Of a stretch of 31,237 nt of DNA, positions 1 through 8,365 are shown in pieces. The stretch is from a virus (Duplodnaviria; Caudoviricetes). Position 1 is the stretch's first letter; every line of letters begins with the position of its first letter. The position numbers were made by a program, and so were the translations under genes. The notes beneath the pieces are model-generated. The model was not told the origin of the DNA, did no database searches, and saw nothing but the letters and a program-made list of their open reading frames with translations. The DNA is taken from IMG/VR virus record IMGVR_UViG_3300005731_000035, positions 1-31,237 of that record; one strand, written 5' to 3'.

Positions 1-50
1 GAAAACAATACAGAGTTGCAGACGTTGACAGTTGGTAACAGCATCATGAC
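1..50. repeat. 50-bp terminal direct repeat, identical to 31188-31237 (circular assembly overlap)
   Basis: gaaaacaatacagagttgcagacgttgacagttggtaacagcatcatgac occurs at both ends, and the portal frame continues through it. Confidence 0.97.
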
Positions 51-126
51 ATTAGAGGACGCAATCGAGCCAGCATTACCAAACACGTTTGAAACGCCAA
101 ATCCGGGAGTTGATGAAGAGGAATAA
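1..126 (+). CDS. C-terminal 41 aa of the portal protein (wraps from 29883)
   Basis: Frame 1 reads ENNTELQTLTVGNSIMTLEDAIEPALPNTFETPNPGVDEEE*, in frame with the ORF starting at 29883. Confidence 0.92.
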   Translation, partial: ENNTELQTLTVGNSIMTLEDAIEPALPNTFETPNPGVDEEE

Positions 127-129
127 AAA

Positions 130-333
130 ATGCCAATTGAGCCAATAGGAATTTTATGCGAATTTATAACAGTTTGTGACAGACAAAATTTGACACCAAG
201 CGACAGGCACATCAAATATTTTTTAACGTCGTTGGACAGGTTAGATTTAGAGCATGAGTATATAAAATTTGTCTTTTACCATTGGGAAAATAGACATCAA
301 AAAATTATAGATTATTTTAATGAAAAATATTGA
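130..333 (+). CDS. Hypothetical protein (67 aa)
   Basis: ATG 3 nt after the portal stop; overlaps the next start; no recognisable motif. Confidence 0.65.
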   Translation: MPIEPIGILCEFITVCDRQNLTPSDRHIKYFLTSLDRLDLEHEYIKFVFYHWENRHQKIIDYFNEKY

Positions 334-1900
334 AATCATAAGAAAATTTGACCCTAACCAGCCAAGGGATTGGCGAGGTCGTTGGACAGATACAGGCGAG
401 GGCAGTTTAATGGATAGGCCATGTTTTAAAAAATGGTTTGGTGACTCAAAAATTGTTGACGAAAATGGCGAGCCAAAAGTTTATTATCATGGCACAACTC
501 ATGATTTTGACGAGTTTGACGACGAGCGCGGAAACATTGAAAATAATTTTGGTATTGGTTTTTATTTTAGTTCAAGTCGCGACGACGTTGACGTAAATTA
601 TGACAGTACAGACGGCCCGGATTTATTAAATCGAATAGACCAAATGACAGAGCGTTTAATGGCAGAGGACGACAATTTATCTTTGTTTCAAGCGACACGA
701 ATTGCAACAGACGAATTGTCGGGACAGGAAAACAGAATTATTGAGGTTGTTTTGTCTGTACAAAATCCAATGGTTATTGGTGGAAAAAACGAAAATACAT
801 TTGAGTATAATTATGACGAGGAAACAGGCGAGGAAACAGGCAGTTATATTGATTTTATCGAGGCTTTAAGACGTGCGAGTTACAAATATTATGACGTCGA
901 TATTGACAAAGCTATTTCAGACATGTTTGAAAATGCCGGCATTGACTTTGGAGGCGCAACAGACGTTTTTAAAGCATTGCGACAATCAGAGGGTATAGCT
1001 TATGCAATGGACGAAAACGGAAATTTAGCAAGTGGTGAATTATTACGCGAGGCTATTGAATTGGCTGGATTTGACGGCATAGTTGACAACAACGTTTTTA
1101 ATAAATTCAGAATGGACGGAACATATCCCGATACAAGTCATGTAATAGCATTTAAACCAAATCAAATAAAATCTATTGACGCCGAAAGTTTTTGCGACGA
1201 CAGAAATATATATAAAACTGAAATATTTGATTTTATCCAAAAATTCGACCCAAACCAGCCAAGGGACGAGGACGGAAAATGGACAGATACAGGCGCGTCG
1301 TCAAGTGATATAACGCCAACAGATGATGAACTACAATCAATAAATGCATATACAGACGAGGAATTTTGGAATTTAAACAAGTACGAGGCTATAAAAAATA
1401 ACCCGGAAAAACTAAAGGAATTTTTACAAAATAACAGGCGATTTGACGAGTCACCACAGGATTTTGAATTTAGATTGAAACAAATGTCAGAGGAAATACA
1501 AAATGGCATAAATAAATTGCGTAAAAACCCAAATTATCAATTTACAGGCGAAGTTTTTCGAGGTGACTCATGGGGTGAAACAAAAATTGACTCATTTAAC
1601 AGGCAATTAAGTTTATTTCAAGACGCCTTTGACAACGACACAATTGTAACATATAACACATTTATGTCAACATCGACAAGAAAAGCTAGTGCCGACAGTT
1701 TTACTTTTAATACTGACCCATATAAAATTGATTATAAAATAAAAGTAAATAACGGCGCATATATAGATGAGTTTAGTTTCCATGAGGGCGAAGATGAAGT
1801 TTTACTATTACCGGGGTCAAAATTTAAAGTAATTGACATTGACCAAGACATTTTTAGTGACGACAATACAGAAATAATTACATTAGAATTATTAAATTAA
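320..1900 (+). CDS. Two-module effector: tag + ART-PolyVal-like domain, then tag + R-S-E (VIP2/Alt-like) ADP-ribosyltransferase
   Basis: FKKWFGDSKIVDENGEPKVYYHGT..GFYFS..GFDGI..VIAFKPNQIKS (ART-PolyVal-like); VFRG..FMSTS..EDEVLL (R-S-ExE); KFDPNQPRD tag before each. Confidence 0.85.
   Translation: MKNIEIIRKFDPNQPRDWRGRWTDTGEGSLMDRPCFKKWFGDSKIVDENGEPKVYYHGTTHDFDEFDDERGNIENNFGIGFYFSSSRDDVDVNYDSTDGPDLLNRIDQMTERLMAEDDNLSLFQATRIATDELSGQENRIIEVVLSVQNPMVIGGKNENTFEYNYDEETGEETGSYIDFIEALRRASYKYYDVDIDKAISDMFENAGIDFGGATDVFKALRQSEGIAYAMDENGNLASGELLREAIELAGFDGIVDNNVFNKFRMDGTYPDTSHVIAFKPNQIKSIDAESFCDDRNIYKTEIFDFIQKFDPNQPRDEDGKWTDTGASSSDITPTDDELQSINAYTDEEFWNLNKYEAIKNNPEKLKEFLQNNRRFDESPQDFEFRLKQMSEEIQNGINKLRKNPNYQFTGEVFRGDSWGETKIDSFNRQLSLFQDAFDNDTIVTYNTFMSTSTRKASADSFTFNTDPYKIDYKIKVNNGAYIDEFSFHEGEDEVLLLPGSKFKVIDIDQDIFSDDNTEIITLELLN
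344..397 (+). repeat. Peptide tag copy 1: KFDPNQPRDWRGRWTDTG
   Basis: Read directly from the translation; recurs at 1241 and 2337. Confidence 0.95.
1241..1294 (+). repeat. Peptide tag copy 2: KFDPNQPRDEDGKWTDTG
   Basis: Read directly from the translation, internal to ORF 320..1900. Confidence 0.95.
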
Positions 1901-1904
1901 AATT

Positions 1905-2960
1905 ATGGAAAAATACGACGCAAGAAAAAAATTTACAGGAGGCGAAAACCAAGACTTTGAGCCATGGAGTATTGAAACCAACGAAAGCAAAGCAGACGTT
2001 TTAACAATAGAAAATTTTGAAGTTAAGAAAACGTACAGCGACTATCCACAAAGTGCGACAAATAACGCGAAACGTGCTTTAAAATGGAAAAAAGAGAACG
2101 GCAGTAGTTGCGGAACGTCAGTCGGCTGGAAACGAGCGTCGCAATTAGCCAACAGACAGGCGTTAAGTCGCGACACAATTGCGCGAATGGCGTCGTTTAA
2201 AAGACATCAACAACATAAAGACGTGCCATATAGCGAGGGTTGCGGTGGCCTTATGTATGACGCGTGGGGTGGTAGTGCTGGCGTAAATTGGGCAATTAGT
2301 AAGTTAAAGGAAATTGACAAGGAAAAAAAAGAGTTAAAATTTGACCCAAACCAACCGCGTGACGAACGCGGACGTTGGACAGACATGATTGGAGGCACAG
2401 ACGAGGCCGACCCAAATCGTGACAAGACAAAAAACCATACTATTGACGTTGCAAATGTATTGACGTTGCATGATGAATTTGGAGGGTCAAGTTTTGCAAT
2501 GAATGGCGAAAATCAAGTTGGAAAACCGGGCGCATTTAGTGTTTCAATATTTCCGGAGGCAAGTCAAAAAATACCGGGAAAATTTATAACGTCAGAACAA
2601 TACAATAATTTTATCGAAAAATACAGCGATTTAATTGAAAATAGCGAATATCCAACAATCATGGGTACATGGTACGATACAGACGACGACGTTACATGGC
2701 TCGACGTTTCAGTTGTAGTTGACAGGGACACAGCATTTAATTTGGCAGAATTGTATAATCAAAAGGCTATATTTGACCTAGAAAATTTAGAGGAAATTGA
2801 CACAGGAGGCACAGGCGAAGTTATAAAAAACTATGTTAAAAATTTAGACATGAAAAACGACGACAAAAAACCAAAAGCAGACACAGGCAAAGTGACGCCG
2901 GAACAATACAGAAAATTTGCTAAAAATTGGGCGCGATACAATAAAAACAGAAAAAAATAA
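1905..2960 (+). CDS. Multi-module head-associated protein: conserved phage domain of unknown function, then tag + SAM-lyase-like domain
   Basis: YSDYP..NNAKRAL..CGT.VG..RA.QLA..S.DTI.RM.SF.RH..WGG module; third tag; GTW..WLDVS..A..LA..YNQKAIFDL module. Confidence 0.7.
   Translation: MEKYDARKKFTGGENQDFEPWSIETNESKADVLTIENFEVKKTYSDYPQSATNNAKRALKWKKENGSSCGTSVGWKRASQLANRQALSRDTIARMASFKRHQQHKDVPYSEGCGGLMYDAWGGSAGVNWAISKLKEIDKEKKELKFDPNQPRDERGRWTDMIGGTDEADPNRDKTKNHTIDVANVLTLHDEFGGSSFAMNGENQVGKPGAFSVSIFPEASQKIPGKFITSEQYNNFIEKYSDLIENSEYPTIMGTWYDTDDDVTWLDVSVVVDRDTAFNLAELYNQKAIFDLENLEEIDTGGTGEVIKNYVKNLDMKNDDKKPKADTGKVTPEQYRKFAKNWARYNKNRKK
2337..2384 (+). repeat. Peptide tag copy 3: KFDPNQPRDERGRWTD
   Basis: Read directly from the translation, internal to ORF 1905..2960. 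Confidence 0.95.
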
Positions 2961-4352
2961 ATGACCAAAGCCGAGGCCAAAAGACAAAAAATTGCATGGT
3001 TAAGGCGACATAAGCAATACGAGAGCCGAAACTATAAAAACTTTAGAATTGCAATCCAAAACATGTCGTTGGACGTGCCATGGGATAAAACGACAGAAAC
3101 CAATTATAAACGCGTCATAACAGAGCATTTTCGTAATTTTACGCCTATGTACGAGGCGGTTTTGGATATACATTTGAACGCCGGGAAAAAAGAATACAGA
3201 TACCAGCGAAAAAAAATTGACGAAATAAAAGCCAAATTAGTCACAAAACAAACGCCATTATTTAACGCGGAGTTGGTCAGATTAATTGCAGATAACTTAT
3301 TGACCACAGGAGGCTCAAGAATTGTAAGCATGTCAAAAACATTGGCGAAATTTTTAATAAACGTTTTGGCAGATTTACTAGAAAATCAACAAATTACATA
3401 TCCAATAGCAGTTGACCGAATTTTAAAAGACATAAATGACCCAAATTATTACAGATACCAAATTGAGCGAATTGTAAGGACAGAAACGACACAGGCGAGC
3501 CAATATACAGCATTAATGGCAATGGACGACCCGGACATTTATGTTGACAAAGTTTGGTTGTCAGTTGACGACGACAGAACGCGAAACGGAACAAAGGGAC
3601 GGCCTTATAATCATTTAGGTCAAGACGGTACAGTAAAAAGGCTAAAAGACGTTTTTAATATTGAGGTTTACAATGAGCCAAGCGAGTCATTATTATATCC
3701 GGGCGACCCAAGCGGTAGCGCTGGAAACGTAATCAATTGTCGTTGTGGTTTAGGTCGTCAAGTTAGACGCGACAAAAACGGACGCGTTGTTATGAAAACA
3801 GAGCCGGACATTTTACAACAGGCAGTTAAGAAAAAGACCAAAGACCAAATGAAATTGGCCGAATTTGAGGAGGCTATTTATAAACTTAAATATGAGGAAA
3901 GCGCTCTTTATGGCGTTAATGGAAAACAGCTGTATTGGGTAAAAGGCACAAAAAGTCAAGTTAATTTTACAGATGAACAATTGGAGTTATGGAATGGCAG
4001 AATTATGACGCACAATCACCCCGGAGGCGCGCCATTAAGTAATCAAGATATAGCAATGGCCATGCACCATAAATTAAAAGAAATTAGAGCCGTCGGAATT
4101 GAGGCAATTTACTCAATGAAAATCAAAAAATATGGTTTAAGTTTTAATAGAGTTGTTTCAAGGTACAGCATGGCACGAAATAGGGTACAGCGAAAATTTG
4201 AGTCAAACAATTATAACAACGAGTTTTACTTAACATACGAGGTATTAAACAAAAGACAAAAAAATATATATTTTCAAAGGTTAATTATGCAAGAATTTAT
4301 GAAAATTGCAGACAACAACGAATATTTTATTTATGAAGAAAAAAGACGATAA
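2961..4352 (+). CDS. MuF/SPP1 gp7-like minor head protein with C-terminal JAB/MPN-like domain
   Basis: RIVRTET, KVWLSVDDDRTR, H..G, YPGDPSGSAGNVINCRC (MuF); YEE..MTHNHPGGAPLSNQD (E..HxH..S..D). Confidence 0.88.
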   Translation: MTKAEAKRQKIAWLRRHKQYESRNYKNFRIAIQNMSLDVPWDKTTETNYKRVITEHFRNFTPMYEAVLDIHLNAGKKEYRYQRKKIDEIKAKLVTKQTPLFNAELVRLIADNLLTTGGSRIVSMSKTLAKFLINVLADLLENQQITYPIAVDRILKDINDPNYYRYQIERIVRTETTQASQYTALMAMDDPDIYVDKVWLSVDDDRTRNGTKGRPYNHLGQDGTVKRLKDVFNIEVYNEPSESLLYPGDPSGSAGNVINCRCGLGRQVRRDKNGRVVMKTEPDILQQAVKKKTKDQMKLAEFEEAIYKLKYEESALYGVNGKQLYWVKGTKSQVNFTDEQLELWNGRIMTHNHPGGAPLSNQDIAMAMHHKLKEIRAVGIEAIYSMKIKKYGLSFNRVVSRYSMARNRVQRKFESNNYNNEFYLTYEVLNKRQKNIYFQRLIMQEFMKIADNNEYFIYEEKRR

Positions 4353-4467
4353 AAAAAAGGTAAAAAAACCGAACAAAAAAAAGGTGAGCAGATACAACTT
4401 TATTGACGGGCCGGGTAGCAATCCAAAACCAAAATTACCGAATAAACGACGTTAAAAAAAATTTATA

Positions 4468-4475
4468 TAACTTTG
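4468..4475 (+). promoter_or_regulatory. Bacteroidota-type -7 promoter element TAACTTTG before the protease
   Basis: Matches TAnnTTTG; intergenic; motif recurs before other late genes. Confidence 0.65.
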
Positions 4476-4480
4476 AGGAC

Positions 4481-5176
4481 ATGAAAGGTATCTTATCTTA
4501 TAAAAATATCAACGGCGCAGTCAAAGACGTTGACATGAAAAATAGAGTCGTTACAGGCTATTTAAGCACGTTTGACGAGGTTGACAGTCATGAGGACGTC
4601 ATGGTAAAAGGCGCGTTTAGTAAAACGTTAAAAGAACGTCGCGACGACATATTTTTTCTTAATCAACATAATTTTGCACAGCCACATGGCAAATTTGCTG
4701 TTTTACAAGAGGACGGCAAAGGTTTGTATTTTGAAAGCGAGCCATTAATAAAAGGCGTTAGTTATAGCGACGACGCGTTAAAATTATATGACGCCGGAGT
4801 ATTGACAGAACATAGCATTGGATTTGTTACTATAAATGCAGAGGATAAAAGCGACGCAAGACATATTAAAGAGGTCAAACTTTACGAGGGTAGCAACGTC
4901 ACAATTGGCGCAAATCGAAACGCAAAATTTAGTGGTTTAAAAAGTTTAAATATTAAACAGGTCAATGACCAAGCCAGCAAAATTTTAAAGTATTTAAGAA
5001 ACGGAAACGTTACGGACGACACGTTTAAATTATTGGAAATTGCGTTAAAGGATTTACAGGCGCAAGCGTATCATTTAGGAATAACACAAAAGGACATCAA
5101 CAGGCCGTTTACAAAAACACCTAGCGACGAAATTTTGCCGTATATAAACACAATTAAAAATTACAAAATTACTTAA
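4481..5176 (+). CDS. HK97-family prohead protease (likely start ATG 4481, not TTG 4403)
   Basis: VTGYLSTFDEVDSHEDVMVKGAF, FLNQH, ED.KGL, SIGF, IKEVKLYEGS.VT..AN; lies before the capsid gene. Confidence 0.93.
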   Translation: MKGILSYKNINGAVKDVDMKNRVVTGYLSTFDEVDSHEDVMVKGAFSKTLKERRDDIFFLNQHNFAQPHGKFAVLQEDGKGLYFESEPLIKGVSYSDDALKLYDAGVLTEHSIGFVTINAEDKSDARHIKEVKLYEGSNVTIGANRNAKFSGLKSLNIKQVNDQASKILKYLRNGNVTDDTFKLLEIALKDLQAQAYHLGITQKDINRPFTKTPSDEILPYINTIKNYKIT

Positions 5177-5181
5177 CAGAC

Positions 5182-6372
5182 ATGAATACTGAATTAAAAG
5201 ACGCATTAGACGCGTTGGCAACAAAATTAGAGGGCAAGTCAGAGGCACAGGCTCGCAGAGTGATGAAATCATTTTCATCAGAATTAGAGGCAAAATTTGA
5301 AAACGCCTTAGAGGATTTATCAATTAAACATGGTGACGAATTAAAGTCAGCGTTGGAAAACATTGACACGTTAAAGTCAGCATTAGAGGCGACTCAAAAA
5401 CACGCAGACGAGTTGGACGTTAAATTACAGACCAAAAACAGCGTTGGAACAAAAACAGGCGACAGCTACAAAGACGCAATGATTAAGTCATTAACGTCGG
5501 ATTTTGACTCAATAAAAAGAGTTACAAAAGGGTCAAGCGTGAGTTTAGAAATCAAAGCAGTTGGCGACATGACAGTTGCAAACAACTTAACAGGCGACAG
5601 CCTTAAAACTTATCAGCCGGGCGTTGCAATGGTGCCGACTCAACTTATCAATTTTGCGGATTTAGTACCAGCAGTAAACAGCGCGACAGGTACTTATATC
5701 ATTTACCGCGAAACAGGTAGCGAGGGGTCAATTTCGTCACAAGCTACACCGGGAACGGCTAAAACGCAGATTGATTATGACTTTACAGAAGTTGTTTTCA
5801 ACGCAACTTATATTAGTGGTTACGCAAGATTTGCAAAGCAAATGGCGCAAGATTTACCATTTTTAACGTCGTTTTTACCGGACGCGTTACGTCGTGATTA
5901 TGCAAAAGCGGAAAACACGATTTTTTATACAGCATTATCAGCAGTTGCAACAGCGTCAACAGCTACACAAACAGTTGGAATTGAGCGTATAATTAATGAC
6001 ATAGGCGCATTAGAGGGCGCAGATTATGCGGTTAATGGAGTTGTTTTAAATCCTGTTGATTGGGCAAGTATTGCAATCACAAAGCCAAGCGATTATAGTT
6101 TACCGCAAGTAGTGACTTATGTAAATGGTCAATTGGTTATTAACGGCGTGCCTGTATTTAAAGCATCATGGGTACCACAAGACGAATACATGCTAGGCGA
6201 CTGGAATTTGGCTAAAAAAATCGTTACAGACGGTTTAGCAGTTGAATTTTTTGAGCAAGACGCAGACAACGTTACCAAAAACTTAATCACAGCGAGAGTT
6301 GAGAGCAGAACAGTTTTAGGAATTGACAGACCGGACGCGTTTATTTTAGGTACAATAACACCTACACCTTAA
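5182..6372 (+). CDS. HK97-fold major capsid protein with coiled-coil delta domain
   Basis: N-terminal coiled coil to ~LEIK125; E-loop YRETGSEG; VVLNPVDW; GVPV; VTKNLITARVESR..RPDAF. Confidence 0.95.
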   Translation: MNTELKDALDALATKLEGKSEAQARRVMKSFSSELEAKFENALEDLSIKHGDELKSALENIDTLKSALEATQKHADELDVKLQTKNSVGTKTGDSYKDAMIKSLTSDFDSIKRVTKGSSVSLEIKAVGDMTVANNLTGDSLKTYQPGVAMVPTQLINFADLVPAVNSATGTYIIYRETGSEGSISSQATPGTAKTQIDYDFTEVVFNATYISGYARFAKQMAQDLPFLTSFLPDALRRDYAKAENTIFYTALSAVATASTATQTVGIERIINDIGALEGADYAVNGVVLNPVDWASIAITKPSDYSLPQVVTYVNGQLVINGVPVFKASWVPQDEYMLGDWNLAKKIVTDGLAVEFFEQDADNVTKNLITARVESRTVLGIDRPDAFILGTITPTP

Positions 6373-6421
6373 AATTAAGATACAATTAGCAATTTTTTTG
6401 CTCATTTGTTTTCTGTTGAAG

Positions 6422-6451
6422 TGGCGCTCAAAATTGGGCGTCATTTTTTTT
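6422..6451 (+). terminator. Intrinsic terminator after the capsid gene
   Basis: TGGCGCTCA-aaat-TGGGCGTCA stem (2 G:U pairs) followed by T8. Confidence 0.85.
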
Positions 6452-6453
6452 AT

Positions 6454-6461
6454 TAACTTTA
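6454..6461 (+). promoter_or_regulatory. TAACTTTA -7-like promoter element
   Basis: Directly after the terminator, 16 nt before ATG 6478. Confidence 0.55.
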
Positions 6462-6477
6462 CAAAAACATTTTTATT

Positions 6478-6717
6478 ATGGCAGTAATATTTTTAAAACG
6501 TTGGCGCGACAGAAACGAGGTTAACCAAAGAGGTTTTGGAAAACTTTACAATCCTGGCGACAAAGGAAAATTTAGCAATGACGTCGAAACTTTGTTGGTC
6601 AAAACAGGAGGCGCAAAATGGGACGGCGACCAGCCAAAACCAAAGGCAAAACCAAAGGCAAAACCAAGGGCGAAGTCAAACAAAAATGGCGCACCAAAAA
6701 AAACAGAAAAAAAGTAA
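6478..6717 (+). CDS. Small basic head-associated protein with KPKA repeats
   Basis: Position after the capsid gene; Lys-rich tail PKPKAKPKAKPRAK. Confidence 0.7.
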   Translation: MAVIFLKRWRDRNEVNQRGFGKLYNPGDKGKFSNDVETLLVKTGGAKWDGDQPKPKAKPKAKPRAKSNKNGAPKKTEKK

Positions 6718-7209
6718 ATGGCGACAATAAATAATTATTTAGACGTTGTTACATTGGCACAGGCCAAAACGTATATGAGAATTGACGACACAATTACAGG
6801 CGTTGACAATGAAATTACGCAAATGATTAACAGCGCATTTGAATACATAGAGCGCGAAACAAATCATTTATTTGGTGAACGCGAGAAAACGTATTTATAT
6901 CGCGTTTACGACCATAACACAGTCAATGTATATGATTTTCCTATAAATGACAGCGTAACGCCAGCAGACGACTTTAAAAGCACGTTAAAACCGTTATATA
7001 CGCGTTATCAATCTTTAAAAGGTGATGAAAGTATAATATTAAAGGTCGGATATACAGACACAGACCAAGTGCCGGACGTATTTCGACAGGCTGTTTTGGA
7101 AATTGTTAAAAATTGGTATTATGCCAGCGACGAAAATCAAAACATGGTAAATTATTTGAGCAATCCGGCGATGATAATGTTAGCGCCATTTAAACGTTTT
7201 ATGATTTGA
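6718..7209 (+). CDS. Head-tail connector (HK97 gp6/SPP1 gp15-like)
   Basis: VVTLAQAKTYMRID..I..A..YIE..T; VP...QAVL..V..WY; L.PFK. Confidence 0.88.
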   Translation: MATINNYLDVVTLAQAKTYMRIDDTITGVDNEITQMINSAFEYIERETNHLFGEREKTYLYRVYDHNTVNVYDFPINDSVTPADDFKSTLKPLYTRYQSLKGDESIILKVGYTDTDQVPDVFRQAVLEIVKNWYYASDENQNMVNYLSNPAMIMLAPFKRFMI

Positions 7210-7649
7210 AAAATACGGCAATACATAGTCGAGAGTTACAACATAGAGTTGACATTTACCAAATACGAAAACTAACTCAAAACGCATTTGGCGGTTTAGA
7301 ATATGACTTAGCAAAACGTCAAACGGTTTGGGCAAAAATAGAATACAAGGACGTCAATCAAAGATATGACCAAGCCGGCATGACGAATTTTGACGAGCAA
7401 ATGGTTTTTACTTTACGTTACGACTCAAATTTGAGCAATTTTCCGGAACGTTATTTTTTAGTTTGGAACAAGTTTAAATATGTTATACAAAAGGCGTCAT
7501 GTCAAGATATTAACAAAGTGTATATAACATTGAATTGTTTACAGGAAAGCACAACGGAATTTGAAGTGCCAATTGCTGGCAAAATAATAACTGAAATAAA
7601 CGATTTTGACATAGTCACAGAGAATGACGAATTTATAATTATAGAATAA
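7206..7649 (+). CDS. Head closure/stopper (SPP1 gp16-like) with acidic C-terminal extension
   Basis: LQHRVDI..FGG..TVWAKI..FTLRY..W..Y.I pattern and gene order. Confidence 0.8.
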   Translation: MKNTAIHSRELQHRVDIYQIRKLTQNAFGGLEYDLAKRQTVWAKIEYKDVNQRYDQAGMTNFDEQMVFTLRYDSNLSNFPERYFLVWNKFKYVIQKASCQDINKVYITLNCLQESTTEFEVPIAGKIITEINDFDIVTENDEFIIIE

Positions 7650-8365
7650 TGGCAGATACAAAAAAATTTAGCGAGTTTACCAGCGCGACACCAATAGCAA
7701 CGACAAAAGTAGTTGGTTATGAAAATAACGACAATGTAAAATTTGACATACAAAATATTGATGTTAATTTACTTAATGGCACAAGCGCAATTATAACCGA
7801 CATTTCGAATAATCAATCAGAAATAAATACATTAAAACAAAGAGTAACGGTTTTAGAAAATGCACAAACGACAATTATATCACAATTAAACAAATTAGCT
7901 GGCAAATTTTTCATGGAATGGAGAGGCGACATAAAATCTTATTTCAATTTTACAAATGGTCAAACTTTTACAGTACCTTATGACAACTTAATTGTTGATA
8001 ACGATTTTTTCCCGGATTTATTTGAATATATCGACACAAGTCCAACAATCACAAGAATTAAAGTAAACGCAACAGGTTTTTTTAAAATTAGCATTAATTG
8101 TCATTTTTTTGACCAATTTGGTGACATTGACATTGTTGCGCAAATATGGAATGTTACAACAAATACTTTGTTGAATGGAATTATTGACCAAAAAGACGTA
8201 ACAGGAAACACAGACTCAAATTGGTTTGGTTTTAATGTTGTAAATATACAGTCCGGACAGGAAATTGAAATAAGATTAACATTTAGCGGTGGTAGCGGAC
8301 AAAGTCCATTTCCGTCGCAAACAGGTCAATTATATAATTCAATATTGTTGGAAAGGATTGAATAA
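7649..8365 (+). CDS. Putative neck/collar fibre (anchor, coiled coil, C1q/TNF-like beta domain)
   Basis: MADTKKFSEF..AT fibre-type N-terminus; INTLKQRVTVLE coiled coil; VPYDN..IKV..TG.FKI..G.EIEIR beta-rich head. Confidence 0.6.
   Translation: MADTKKFSEFTSATPIATTKVVGYENNDNVKFDIQNIDVNLLNGTSAIITDISNNQSEINTLKQRVTVLENAQTTIISQLNKLAGKFFMEWRGDIKSYFNFTNGQTFTVPYDNLIVDNDFFPDLFEYIDTSPTITRIKVNATGFFKISINCHFFDQFGDIDIVAQIWNVTTNTLLNGIIDQKDVTGNTDSNWFGFNVVNIQSGQEIEIRLTFSGGSGQSPFPSQTGQLYNSILLERIE

Noticed and set aside
4403-4480. TTG start for the prohead protease
   Set aside because: The extension spans poly-A intergenic sequence and a promoter motif; ATG 4481 fits better
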